Source of the DNA: the human T2T-CHM13v2.0 reference genome, Homo sapiens
Length of the DNA: 64,000 nucleotides
NCBI RefSeq assembly: GCF_009914755.1
Contig: NC_060932.1
Strand: one strand, 5' to 3'
Shown: piece after piece, positions 34,176 to 46,059 of the stretch
Numbering within the stretch: the first letter of the stretch is position 1
Layout: each line of letters begins with the position of its first letter
Notes under the pieces: generated by a model
Database searches by the model: none
What the model was told of the DNA's origin: nothing
What the model saw: only the letters and a program-made list of their open reading frames with translations
Translations under genes and position numbers: made by a program

Positions 34176-34526
34176 TTGCCTCCAAGTTTCCTTGCTTTGT
34201 AAGGGGGCAGCCAGGGGTCTCCTGCCCTCTCTGCCCTCTGCCCCTTCTCTCACCTTCCCTTCTGGGCAGGGGTCCACTCTCCGCTCCCTCCAGCATACCT
34301 GGGATTCAGGGCCTTCCCGGGGATTGCAGCTCAGCTGACCTGTGGTGAAGGACGGGCAGGTGGTCCTGCTGCGACACCTTCTGGAGAAGGGACTGCCAAT
34401 GCCAGCTCCTGGCCAGATTTGGGCAGGTGCCCAGCTGGCTTCAGGTTGTCATTTAAGGGCTGCGGGGGGCTGTCTGTCTGTGTGACCTCCCTGGCTGAGG
34501 ACACAGCCCCCTCTGTGGTCTCAGAC

Positions 34527-34545
34527 AGCTGCCATCTGGCGGTGG
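34527..34545 (-). promoter_or_regulatory. CTCF core motif match
   Basis: Minus strand of 34529-34542 reads CCGCCAGATGGCAG, fitting CC[AG][CG][CT]AG[AG][TG]GGC[AG][CG] at every position. Occupancy unknown. Confidence 0.45.
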
Positions 34546-36197
34546 TGGTCTGTGGTAGGGAATCATATTGTTTTTGTTATGATTACTTTTTTGGTGAAGT
34601 TGAAGTGTAAGTATTCATCTAGAAACACTGCAGGTTGCCTCCCCAACCCACACCCTCCCATCATTCTATCAGCCACCTGATGTTGCCCCGATGGCAGGGT
34701 GTCCATGGGACAAGTGAGAAAAGGAAGAGAAGAACTGACATTTTCTCCAGGACGATTACAGAATTAGAACTGGAATAATAGTGATAATGCATGCTGCACC
34801 TGGGAGGGCCTGTGTGGTTCTGAGCATGCACGTTGGCGTGTGTCAGCGTGGGGAACCTGAGTGGTAATGGTTTAGGTTTCTGGGCCCTGCCAGCCAGAGT
34901 CCCCTCCCCAGCTCTGCTCCCTGCGGATGGGTGGCCTCGGGCCTGCCTCTTCCTGTAGAGGGGAACATACCCCACCTCCTAGGCTGTGAGCGACAGCACA
35001 GTGACTGCCATGGTTGTCAGTGATGAGGCCCTTGTCTCCTCCTTCCTGTCTGCATAGCTGCTGCTGGTGGGACACGCAGCCCTGCCGGCTGGATCCACAG
35101 ATTCCCCAGCCCTCATGCTGGACCCCCAGCCCGCTCCGGCCTCCCTGGGACCCAGGGCAGAGCATGGACCATCACAGACCTAGGGACCTGTGTGTCTGAT
35201 GAAAGGAGGCTCCAGGAGACAGGGATGCACCACAGCTGTGTCTCAAGCACCAGGCCGTATCCCCTCTCTGGGCCTCAATTTCCCATTTGATGAACACATG
35301 TGACAGGCATTTCCATCCCCGGCGTTTCTTAGGTCCCTTTCAGCCTGGCTTTCTTGGCTCTGAGACTGCAGGAGGGAGGAAACTTCGCACCGGTACTTCC
35401 TCTGTGCCAGGGCCTGTGTAGGGCTCAGGACACGCAGTGACGGCCCCAGATCCCCTCCCATGGAACTGTGCAGGGAGGCGGCCCCAGTGGCTCCCCCCGG
35501 GTGGTCCTTCCATCGTTTTACAGTTGAGGACGAGGCTCTGTGGGGCGCTGGGCACAGCTGAGGCTCAGGGCTGGGAGACGAGGAACCCCGCGTGACAGTA
35601 CTGGTCGTTGAGCCTGGAAGCAGGTCAGGGGCTGCGGCGGGAGAGGGCACTCAAGTCCTGAGTGTGGCCTGGAGGGGTGGAGGCTGCAGGGACATCCTCA
35701 GTCATGGTTCCTCCTCCCAGGTGATGTCTTGGCCGGACACCTGCCTCTGAAGGGCAGCGGTGGGTGTAACCAGGCCACACCCTGTGGCAGAGCCTGGGAG
35801 GGAGCCCCAGAGAGCTGCCCATTGCTCCCCTCCCCATGCTGGACACAATCTCTGTGGGCTTGGCCTGGGCACTTGGTCACTTTCCCTCACAGGCCTCAAT
35901 GTTGTCCTCTGTGAAGCTGTTCGGGTGTGGTTGAAAGCAGGCAGCCTCGCTGCAGACAGTTGGGACTGGACGCGCTGGTATTCCCCGGAGGTTGTTGAGC
36001 GGCAGGTCTCACTGGGCTGCAGCATTGGGGACCTGCTGAGAGGTTTGTAGGGCGCGGGAGAGCCAGTGAGAGCGTATCCGGAGCAGCCGAGGGTCTTGAG
36101 GGGCTCAGCTGCTGTGTGGGAGACAACTTTTCCCTCACACTTGTCTGTCCCATCCAGCCCATGCTTTGGGGGCTGGGTTATGCTTTTGTTTTTATGA

Positions 36198-36507
36198 CTT
36201 TTTAAAGGTTTTTTTTTAGACAGGGTCTCTGTCTCCCAGGCAGGAGTGGTGCAGAGTGGCGTGATCATATCTCACTGCAGCCTCGACCTCCTGGGCTCAA
36301 GCGATTCTCCTGCCTCAGCCTCCCGAGTAGCTGAGACTATAGGTGCACAGCACCACACCTTGATAATTTTTAAATTTTTTGTAGAGCAAGTGGGTTGGTG
36401 GTCTCGCTATATTGCTCAGTCTGGCCTTGAACTCCGGCCTCAAGTGATCCTCCCATCTCGGCCTTCCAAAGCACTGAGATTACAGGCATGGGCCACCGTG
36501 CCTGGCC
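36198..36507 (-). mobile_element. AluJ, full length, with TSD
   Basis: AGACAGGGTCTC...CTCACTGCAGCCTCGACCTCCTGGGCTCAAGCG...GCCACCGTGCCTGGCC; TSD TGTTTTTATGA at 36187-36197 and 36508-36518. Confidence 0.95.
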
Positions 36508-37877
36508 TGTTTTTATGATGCTTTATTATTATTATCCTGGGGAAAAGCAACTAACAGGCCAGGCCTGGCCTTGGTGCGGGTCTGGGAGGCAGCTGGTGTC
36601 ACCTGGCAGGCAGTCTGCTGGGTGTGACCAGGAAGCCCAGGTCTGAGGAGAGAACCATGTGCAAGCCTGGGATGCTGGGGGATGATGGAGGGAGCTGGGG
36701 CCCGGCATGGCCCGACATGGCTGGGGAGCCTCCTAGGATCCTGGTCCCCTTCCTGACTGAGGCTGCAAGTCCCGGGAGGGGCACCTGTGCGCTCGGAGGA
36801 GTGGGCAAAGGCTCGGGAGCCTGTGCTGCCTGCCGCTGGCTCTCGGGGCCCTTGGGCATCTCTGTGCCCTCTCTGGGCCTCAGGGAGTGACCTGAAAACT
36901 CCCTGGGCCTGTGGAGGGAATTGCCGGGCTCAGGCACACGCCCCCTCTGCAGGGCCTGCTGGACTGGCTGGCTGGTTCTAGGGCCATCCTTGAGCCGGCG
37001 GCCTGGCTCCCAGCCAGCCTCTGGGTGGCAGTGGTGGTCCAGCTTCCTCCCTTCAAAGGCCAGGGCTCTGCCCCAGGGTCCTTTTTAGGGTATTGCCGGC
37101 AGCCAGAGGCCAGGGACATTTATGGAGCTGCCCTGTCTCCAGGTTGAGGGGGCTGAGGTGGGCTGATGGGGCCTCAGCAGTGAACCCTTCATCTGCCGGG
37201 GCTTGTTGTGGGCCTCAGCCGCTCACCAGATGGGGCCACACAACCGCTCCGTGACCTGCTTTGTGCACACAGCCTCAGCACTTGGCCCTCTGCCCTGACA
37301 GAGCTGGCTGAGCACCCCCGCTCCGTGTCTCTTTGTCCTTCTGCCTGTCCCCGATGCTGGGTGATACCATTTGCACCTCAGAGGTCCTTTGAGAGCTGAG
37401 AATCTTGGAGAACATTCCATGACATCCCGGCCATGTGCACCTGCAGCTCGGGCCTGGCAGCTTCTTGTGTTGGGGGTCTCGCTACCACCTGTTTCAAGGC
37501 AGCCCACTCCATACAGGGAAAGCTCTAGCCTCCGTTTATCGAACTGAGGGTCTACAAAAAATCATGCTCACTGGCTTCGCCCTGTGCAGAGGGTCTGGGG
37601 GCTGGATGAGGCCACCGTGAGAGGTGCCAGGCACACGCTTTCCCCCTTCCTCCACTTGCGAGCTTCCCCACAAGACCAAGCCAGGGTCCCCAACAGGCCC
37701 TGCCTCTCTCTTCTGGCTCCACGGAAGCAACCTGCACCTCCGGCCTCAGGCCAGCCCTTCAGGGCTGTGAAGAGCAACCTGCCCTGCCCCATCAGGCAAA
37801 GGGAGACACGTCTATCAGTGCACCAGTGCGGTGACACTGCCGATGTGGGGCAGCCACCAGGGTGTGGGGTGGGGCAG

Positions 37878-40800
37878 GTGCCTGGAACTGTGTGGGTGAA
37901 GGCCTAGAACAGTGTGGACACAGCTACCTGGAATAGCATAAACACACACACCTGGAATAGTGCAGGAAAGGTCCTGGAACTGTATTGTCATGGCTGCCTG
38001 GAACAGCATGGACACAGGTGCTTGGAACACTATTGGCAAATGCCTTGGAACAGCATGCGTGAAGGTCCTGGAGCAGTATGGGTGAAGGTCCTGGAACAGC
38101 ATGGGAAAGGTCCTGGAACAGCATGGGAAAGTTTCTGGAATAGTGTGGGTGAAGGCCTTGGAACAGCATGGGAAAGATCCTGGAACAGCATGGGAAAAGT
38201 CCTGAAACAGTGTGGGAAAGGTCCTGGAACAGCACAGGAAAGTTCCTGGAACAGCATGGGAAAGGTTCTGGAACAGCGTGGGTAACGGTCCTGGAACAGC
38301 ATGGGAAAGGTCCTGGAACAGCATGGGTGAAGTTCCTGGAACAGCATGGGTAAGGTCCTGGAACAGCATGGGTGAAGATCCTGGAACAGCATGGGTGAAG
38401 GTCCTGGAACTGCATGGGAAAGGCTCTGGAACAGCATGGGAAAGGTCCCGGAACAGTATGGGTTAAGGCCCTGGAACAGCATGGGAAATGTCCTGGAACA
38501 GCATGGGAAAGGTTCTGGAACAGCATAGGAAAGGTTCTGGAACAGCATGGGTGAACGTTCAGGAACAGCATGGGAAAGGTCCTGGAACAGTATGGGAGAG
38601 GTCCTGGAACAGCATGGGAAAGGTTCTGGAACAGCATGGGAAAGGTTCTGGAACAGTGTGGGTGAAGGTCCTGGTACAGCATGGGAAAGGTTCTGGAACA
38701 GTGTGGGTGAAGGTCCTGGTACAGCATGGGAAAGGTTCTGGAACAGCGTGGGTGAAAGTCCTGGTACAGCATGGGAAACGTTCTGGAACAGCATGGGTGA
38801 AGGCCCTGGAACAGCGTGGGTGAAGGTCCTTGAACAGCATGGGAAAGGTTCTGGAACAGCACGGATGAAGGTCCTCAAACAGCACGGGAAAGGTTCTGGA
38901 AAAGCGTGGGCAAAGGCTCTGGAACAGGATTGGTGGAGGTCCTGGAACAGCGTGGGAAAGGTTCTGGAACAGCATGGGAAAGGTCCTGGAACAGCATGGG
39001 TGAAGGTCCTGGAACAGCATGGGAAAGGTTCTGGAACAGCATGGATAAAGGTCCTGGAACAGGATGAGAGAACGTCCTGGAACAGCATGGGAAAGTTCTT
39101 GGAACAGCATGGGAAATGTCCTAGAACAGCATAGGTGAAAGTCCTGGAACAGAGTGGGAAAGGTTCTGGAATAGTGTGGGTGAAGGTCCTGGAATAGCAT
39201 GGGAAAGGTCCTGGAACAGCATGGGTGAAGGTCCTGGAACAGCATGGGAACTGTTCTGGAACAGCATGGGAAAGGTTCTGGAATAGTGTGGGTGAAGGCC
39301 TTGGAACAGCATGGGAAAGATCCTGGAACAGCATGGGAAAGGTCCTGGAACAGCGTGGGTAACGGTCCTGGAACAGGATGGGTGAAGGTCCTGGAACAGC
39401 ATGGGAAAGGTCCTGGAACAGCATGGGTGAAGGTCCTGGAACAACAGCATGGGTGAAGTTCCTGGAACAGCATGGGTGAAGGTCCTGGAACTGCATGGGA
39501 AAGGCTCTGGAACAGCATGGGAAAGGTCTCAGAACAGTATGGGTTAAGGCCCTGGAACAGCATGGGAAATGTCCTGGAACAGCATGGGTGAATGTTCAGG
39601 AACAGCATGGGAAAGTCCTGGAACAGTATGGGAGAGGTCCTGGAACAGCATGGGAAAGGTTCTGGAACAGCATGGGCAAAGGCCCTGGAACAGCATGGGA
39701 AAGGTTCTGGAACAGCGTGGGTGAAGGTCCTGGTACAGCATCGGAAAGGTTCTGGAACAGTGTAGGTGAAGGTCCTGGTACAGCATGGGAAACGTTCTGG
39801 AACAGCATGGGTGAAGGCCCTGGAACAGCGTGGGTGAAGGTCCTGGAACAGCATGGGAAAGGTTCTGGAACAGTGTGGGCAAAGATCCTGGAACAGCATG
39901 GGAAAGGTTCTGTAACAGTGTGGGCAAAGGTCCTGGAACAGCATGGGTGAAGGTCCTTGAACAGCATGGGAAAGGTTCTGGAACAGCACGGATGAAGGTC
40001 CTCAAACAGCATGGGAAAGGCCCTGGAACAGCATGGATAAAGGTCCTGGAACAGGATGAGAGAACGTCCTGGAACAGCATGGGAAAGTTCTTGGAACAGC
40101 ATGGGAAATGTCCTAGAACAGCATAGGTGAAAGTCCTGGAACAGAGTGGGAAAGGCTCTGGAATAGTGTGGGTGAAGGTCCTGGAATAGCATGGGAAAGG
40201 TCCTGGAACAGCATGGGTGAAGGTCCTGGAACAGCATGGGAACTGTTCTGGAACAGCATGGGAAAGGTTCTGGAATAGTGTGGGTGAAGGCCTTGGAACA
40301 GCATGGGAAAGATCCTGGAACAGCATGGGAAAGGTCCTGGAACAGCGTGGGAAACGTCCTGGAACAGCATGGGAAAGGTTCTGGAACAGCGTGGGTAACG
40401 GTCCTGGAACAGGATGGGTGAAGGTTCTGGAACAGCATGGTAAAGGTCCTGGAACAGCATGGGTGAAGTTCCTGGAACAGCATGGGTAAGGTCCTGGAAC
40501 AGCATGGGTGAAGGTCCTGGAACAACAGCATGGGTGAAGTTCCTGGAACAGCATGGGTGAAGGTCCTGGAACTGCATGGGAAAGGCTCTGGAACAGCATG
40601 GGAAAGGTCTCGGAACAGTATGGGTTAAGGCCCTGGAACAGCATGGGAAATGTCCTGGAACAGCATGGGTGAACGTTCAGGAACAGCATGGGAAAGTCCT
40701 GGAACAGTATGGGAGAGGTCCTGGAACAGCATGGGAAAGGTTCTGGAACAGCATGGGCAAAGGCCCTGGAACAGCATGGGAAAGGTTCTGGAACAGCGTG

Positions 40801-41245
40801 GGTGAAGGTCCTGGTACAGCATCGGAAAGGTTCTGGAACAGTGTGGGTGAAGGTCCTGGTACAGCATGGGAAAGGTTCTGGAACAGCGTGGGTGAAGGTC
40901 CTGGTACAGCATGGGAAACGTTCTGGAACAGCATGGGTGAAGGCCCTGGAACAGCGTGGGTGAAGGTCCTGGAACAGCATGGGAAAGGTTCTGGAACAGT
41001 GTGGGCAAAGGTCCTGGAACAGCATGGGTGAAGGTCCTTGAACAGCATGGGAAAGGTTCTGGAACAGCACGGATGAAGGTCCTCAAACAGCATGGGAAAG
41101 GTTCTGGAAAAGCGTGGGCAAAGGCCCTGGAACAGGATTGGTGAAGGTCCTGGAACAGCATGGGAAAGGTTCTGGAACAGCATGGGAAAGGTCCTGGAAC
41201 AGTGTGGGAGAAGACCCTGGAATAATAGTGTGGGCAAAGGCCTTG
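37878..41245. repeat. Large 22/23-bp minisatellite (GGAACAGCATGGG[AA/TGA]AGGT[C/T]CT), ~150 copies, with ~1.08-kb higher-order repeat
   Basis: Continuous tandem units with degenerate edges; rare variant units recur at 1081-bp spacing. Confidence 0.98.
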
Positions 41246-41390
41246 GGGCAGGAAGAAGGGACAGGTTTCAGAAGCTGAAAGCCATGCATGCATTGTGGCT
41301 GGGATGTGGCAGCAGTAGGCAGAACTCTGAGCTCAGGGCCCTGCAGGCATGTTCAGGAGTTTGGGCTTCATCCTGAGTACACAGGGGTAC
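41225..41390 (-). mobile_element. LINE L2 fragment continuous with the large minisatellite
   Basis: GTGTGGGCAAAGGCCTTGGGGCAGGAAG...TGTGGCTGG...GGGCCCTGCAGGCATGTTCAGGAGTTTGGGCTTCATCCTGAG is colinear with reverse L2 as recalled. Confidence 0.65.
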
Positions 41391-42059
41391 ACTTGTGAGC
41401 GTCAGTCATTATTGGGTCTCTCCAGGTCCCCCTTTCCATGGAGACCTTCCCCCACAGCCAGCACTATAGCTTGGTGCAGTTTCTAGCTTCTCGACAGAGT
41501 TGAAGTTTCAGCCGCAGAGCGTGGGAGGAGAGTCAGGGTATTTCTCCTCCTCTCTGCCCATCTGCTGGTGCTGGCAGGCAGTCCTTAGCCTCCAGTGCCT
41601 GCCAGGTACCCTTGCTACCTCCATGTCCCAGTTCCTGAGGGCAGCCCCTATCACGTGGTGCGGGGTGGCCTGGAGGCTCTGGAAACCTGCCCCGCTCAGC
41701 TGGGCCGGGTTGCTGTGGGTACTGATCCCTGGGCAGCCTCTGTGCTCCCTGGTCGGCTCTCAGGTCCCTGCGTGGACACGCGTGGCCTCACGTTCCCTCT
41801 CTCTGGAGGCCTTGGAGGGTTTTCTGTCCTGTCTGGATCCAGACTGATGCCTTCCCTTTCCCTTAAGCTAGTTTGAGTTGGGTTCATGTCACTCAAAGCT
41901 GAAAAAATCCTGACTCTGCCTCTTAGGAACTTACGAAGAGGGTGATGGGAGTTGATTTGAACTTTCGAGGAGTTCCTGGATGTTGGGGAGTTGGAGGTGG
42001 GGGCATTCCTGGCAGAAGGAACTGTAGATGCAAAGTCATTAAGTGCAAAACAGCCAGAG

Positions 42060-42265
42060 CGGGGTCCTGCTCTCCAGGGGACATTGGCCATATCTGCTCT
42101 GTCAAAGTCCTGGGACATGTTTTAGTGTCACCACTGCAGTTGGGGTGCTACTGGCACCTTGTGAGTTGAGGCACGGATGTGGCTGAGCACCCAGCTGTGG
42201 GCAGGGTGGCCTCATTCTGGCAACTGCCTACCCAGGTGTCACTGGTGTGGAGGGCGAGACACTTG
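42060..42265. mobile_element. MER20 (hAT-Charlie) fossil
   Basis: CCAGGGGACATTGGCCAT...TGTCACCACTG...GGGGTGCTACTGGCACCTTGTGAGTTGAGGC...GGATG. Confidence 0.72.
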
Positions 42266-43449
42266 CTGTTCACCAGTAGGGACAAAGGGATGCTCTCATC
42301 TTAGGCATTGCCCTCCGAGCAGCGGGCAGCAAGGGGTGCCAGGAGGTAGAGGCTGCACAAGGGGCTGCCTTACTCTGGGGAGCACCCAGCCTGGCTGCCG
42401 CATGGGCAAGGCGGAATGAGTAGGTGTGATAAGGGCTCGCGGAGCCTGTGCTGGAGCTGGGGCCAGGCAGGGGCACTCGTGTATGGAGCAGCGGTCAGCA
42501 TGCTCAGGGCCACTAGGCAGGTCCCTGGGTGGTACCTGTCGGGGAGCAAGCAGGAGGGGCAACTGCTGGGACCCTGGAATGCCAGGCCCCGGACTCTGGA
42601 CCAACACCAAAGGCCACCGATGGAGGAAGGACCCTGCTCCCAGGCCATGCGCACGGACTCACTCCTCCAGCTCCGAGCTACAGCCAGGCACGAGGGGACT
42701 TTGCTGAACATACGCAATCTCCCTGCTGCAGCTGCTGCCGAGATGGCAAAGTGACGGGTGAGAATCCTGTGCGCTCCTAGCACCGAGCCTAGCACCCTTC
42801 CTCCCTCCTTTAGGGAGGAGCTGCTTGCCTCAGTGACGGTGGAAAATGCTCTCATTTGAAGAACGAGATAGGATCCGGGGCGCCTTGAGAAAAGACACTT
42901 CCTGCATTCGGTGGCTTCCAAAATTCATCAAGAAATCACACAACAGAGGGGTTCAGAAGAGGTGTTCCCCGGCAGTCAGGGCCGTAGAAAGACCAGGTGA
43001 GAAAAGATGTCCCCTGGTAGTCAGGGTCATAGAAAGACCAGGTGCTGCAGTGGCGCTGGCTGTGGGGAGTTTCTGAAGTGCCAGCCAAAGGCTATCGGCT
43101 CGGGGCAGCTCAGCCATGAGCAGGCCCTGCATTGGTCCACTGGCATGCATTTGTCATGAGACCTGAGACCTGTCCTCGGCTGAGCCCCCAACACCGGTGC
43201 TGCCCTCTGTGGCCCTGTTGGGAGGGTGGAGGGCAGGTTTTTTGGTAGGAGAATGACAGGTCTCACTCAGGGAGTGAGAAGGGGTCAGTGGTCAGTGGAA
43301 CGTCCCTGCGTGGTGCTGGCCTCCGAGAGGGTGAGGGTGGGCACTGCCAGGCCCTTGCTGCCCGGGCTTGGAGCTTGCAGTGTCAGCCCTGCCACATTCT
43401 GTGGGCCGCAGAGGGCTGCAGACTCAGGGCCGGGCAGCTGATACGACCA

Positions 43450-43740
43450 TTTCTTTTTTTCTTTTTTGAGGCAGGGTTTTGTTCTGTCACCCATGCTGGA
43501 GTGCAGTGGTGCAATCATAGCTCACTGTAGCCTCAACCTCTAGGGCTCAAGCAATTCTCCTGCGTCAGCCCCCCAAGTAGCTGAGAACACAGGTGCATGC
43601 CACTATGCCTGGCCAATTGTTAGATTTTTGTAGAGAGGGCGTCTCATTATGTTGCCCAGGCTGGTCTCTAACTCCTGCGCTCAAGTGATTCTCCTGCCTT
43701 GACCTTCCAAACTGCTGGAATTACAGGAATGAGCTACTGA
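43450..43740 (-). mobile_element. AluJ
   Basis: T-tail, GAGGCAGGGT..., ATCATAGCTCACTGTAGCCTCAACCTC, GGGCTCAAGC, ATGTTGCCCAGGCTGGTCTC. Confidence 0.95.
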
Positions 43741-44011
43741 CGCTACCTCTTAATGAAAGTGGCTGCAAAATGCTGTGTTCATGATTCTCAACACCCCACA
43801 GTGGGGACAGGCGAGGGCTAGCACAGTGACTGGGTGGGCCACTGAAGGAGGTGACAGGTGCCCCCGGGGGGACCCCATGTTCCCCACCAGCCTGTGATGG
43901 CTTTGACCTGGAAGGCGTGGAAGGCTCAGCAGGAAATGTCTGTGACATGTGCACAGCTGGTGGGTGTGACTAGGGAGAGCAGGTGGAGGCAGGGAGATTG
44001 CAGGGGCCTCC

Positions 44012-44345
44012 TCATTTATTCAGCACTTATTTATGAGGCATCTACCGTGGGCCAGACTCTGGGGCACAAGTAACTCACCCCTGCCCTCATGGAGTTGATA
44101 TTCTTTTTGGCAGGGGGAGGCAGACTGACTCAAGTGACAAGCTCAAGCGTGTTGTCCCTGGCGAGGGAAAGGAGTAGGGCCTGGGGTGGAGCACGCAGGA
44201 TGAGGCAGTCTGCGAGGGCTGCCTGGAGGAGGAGACAAGGGAGTCAAGACTTAAGAGATGAAAAGAAGCCAGCTTCCCTGTGAAGAGCGCAGGGATAAGC
44301 ATTCTGGACAGAGGAACAGCGTGTGGGGAGGCCTGAGGGCTGGAT
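44012..44345 (-). mobile_element. LINE L2 3' region
   Basis: TCATTTATTCAGCACTTATTTATGAGGCATCTAC (reverse L2 tail), CCCTGCCCTCATGGAG, GCATTCTGGACAGAGGAACAGC. Confidence 0.75.
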
Positions 44346-45684
44346 GCCGGCGATAGCGAAGCTTCTGGAGGGAAAGTGAGAGGGAAGGAGTTGCAGCTGC
44401 TCCAGGGTCACTGGTCACCTTTAAAAATGTTTCCAGATGTGAGTTTGTGTCTTTCAAGTCTGTTTTTGCATGGAAGTTGAGGTTAAATACAAGCCTGTTT
44501 ATCTGAGGGACGTGGCCTTATCTGGGCCTTTGCCCCAGGTGGGTAAGGCTCACCCACTTCCCTGTGTGCAGGACGACTGGAACAGTAGAAGGTGTGACAC
44601 CTGCCTGGGCTCAGGCCAACACTTCCTGCAGCCCAGGAAGTGTTGTGGACACGTGAGGACCACACCGGCATGGGACTGGATGGACTAGCGGCCAGATAAG
44701 CCCTGGCTGGGCTCCTGCAGCAAGAACACGACAGTCCCAGGAGGTGACTTAGGCTGTGGCTCGCTCTGTGGTGTGCGCTGGGTGGGCCATGGGCTGGGAG
44801 CAGCTGTGGGGAGGGGTCCAGCACTGCCGTCGAGGAGCCTGCTCAGGGCAGCCTGCAGGGTTAAGGCGGCAGCTGGTGGCAGCGGGTTCGTGCCCTGAGG
44901 AGCTCCTGAAAGCATCTGGGGAGTGGGGGGGTGCTGGCCTAGGGCAGGGCCTTGCTGCCCCCACCAGATGAATTGCCTGAGTGTGGCTACGTCTCTGCCG
45001 TCCGACCAGGGCCTTTCTGCAGGAGCTATGCCTCCCCACTGAGATTACAGGCTTCCAAAGGCTAGGCCAGGCCTCTACTCGAAATTTTCAGCTATCTACA
45101 TGGAGGCTGGGGCTGTGCCATCTCTATCCAGCCACGAGATGCTGTTTCCATGTTTCTGGAACAAGCTCTCCCCACCCCCTGCCTTCTCTTTTTCTTAAAC
45201 TTTCCATTTTCTTTGCGCAAATCCGCCTCTCGCCGCTCGTCTCTTGGTTTGATTAGAGCAGTCACTTCTAAGCTTGAAAATACCCAAGTTGAGAGAAGAA
45301 GAAAAAAAAAAGAAAGAAAGAAAGAAAAAAGGGACGCAGACTCCATCCCGCAGTTGTTCGACGGAGATTTCCTTATCTCCTGGCCACAGTCTGTGGGTCC
45401 GTGTGTGCTTAATAACCCAGCAAATCTTGTCCTTTGCAGAGAACATGACAGCCTGTCAGCTGGCAAAGCCCTTCGCGGTGGGACTGCCCTCCCTTGCAGC
45501 CTCCACCCGGGAGGAGCAGCACCTGACTGGTACAGGGGAAGAGGCCCGGCCCAAGGCTAGGCTCCTTGGAAGCGGGGTTTGGAGGGGTGCAGGGGGGAGG
45601 CTGGAGGGCATCGTCCTAGACTCGGAGCCTGCGTGGCCAGCATGGGCCTCCCCTGCAGCTCTTGGGCAGGAGGAGGGCCTAGAG

Positions 45685-45760
45685 ACCCATGCTATAGATG
45701 GGGAAACTGAGGCCCAGAGAGGGAGCGGAGTATCCAAGGTGGGGCACAAGGCTCACCAAG
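45685..45760 (-). mobile_element. MIR SINE fragment
   Basis: ATAGATGGGGAAACTGAGGCCCAGAGAGGG. Confidence 0.65.
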
Positions 45761-46059
45761 CAGGACGAGGACTGGAGTTAGGAAGCTTGGACTTGGTCTT
45801 CACTTTGGCCCTGGACTAAATGTCCCCACCTGTAAGATAAGATGAGCAGGTAGAGTAAGGTGTTCTACAAGACTCCGAGGGGCCTGGTCTGAGGACACAG
45901 CCAGGGAGGCCTGGGCTCTAGGCTCCAGACTCGGCGTTTCCTGTAAGCAAGCGCCCTGTGGGAGGAGGGGGGTTTGCGCAGGGAGCAGGTGGGGTGTGCT
46001 CGATGGGGCCTCCCTATCTGGGTGAGCTGTCGTTGCACTTTTAGGAGCCTCTATCCGTC

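Noticed and set aside
37878-41245. CRISPR-array interpretation
   Set aside because: Units are head-to-tail with no unique spacers, there are no cas genes, and the context is primate DNA.
37815-41293. Long ORFs (up to 508 aa) on both strands
   Set aside because: They are translations of the 22/23-bp tandem repeat cycling through frames (MLFQDLSHAVPGPFPCCSRTF); no domain, splice structure or unique sequence.
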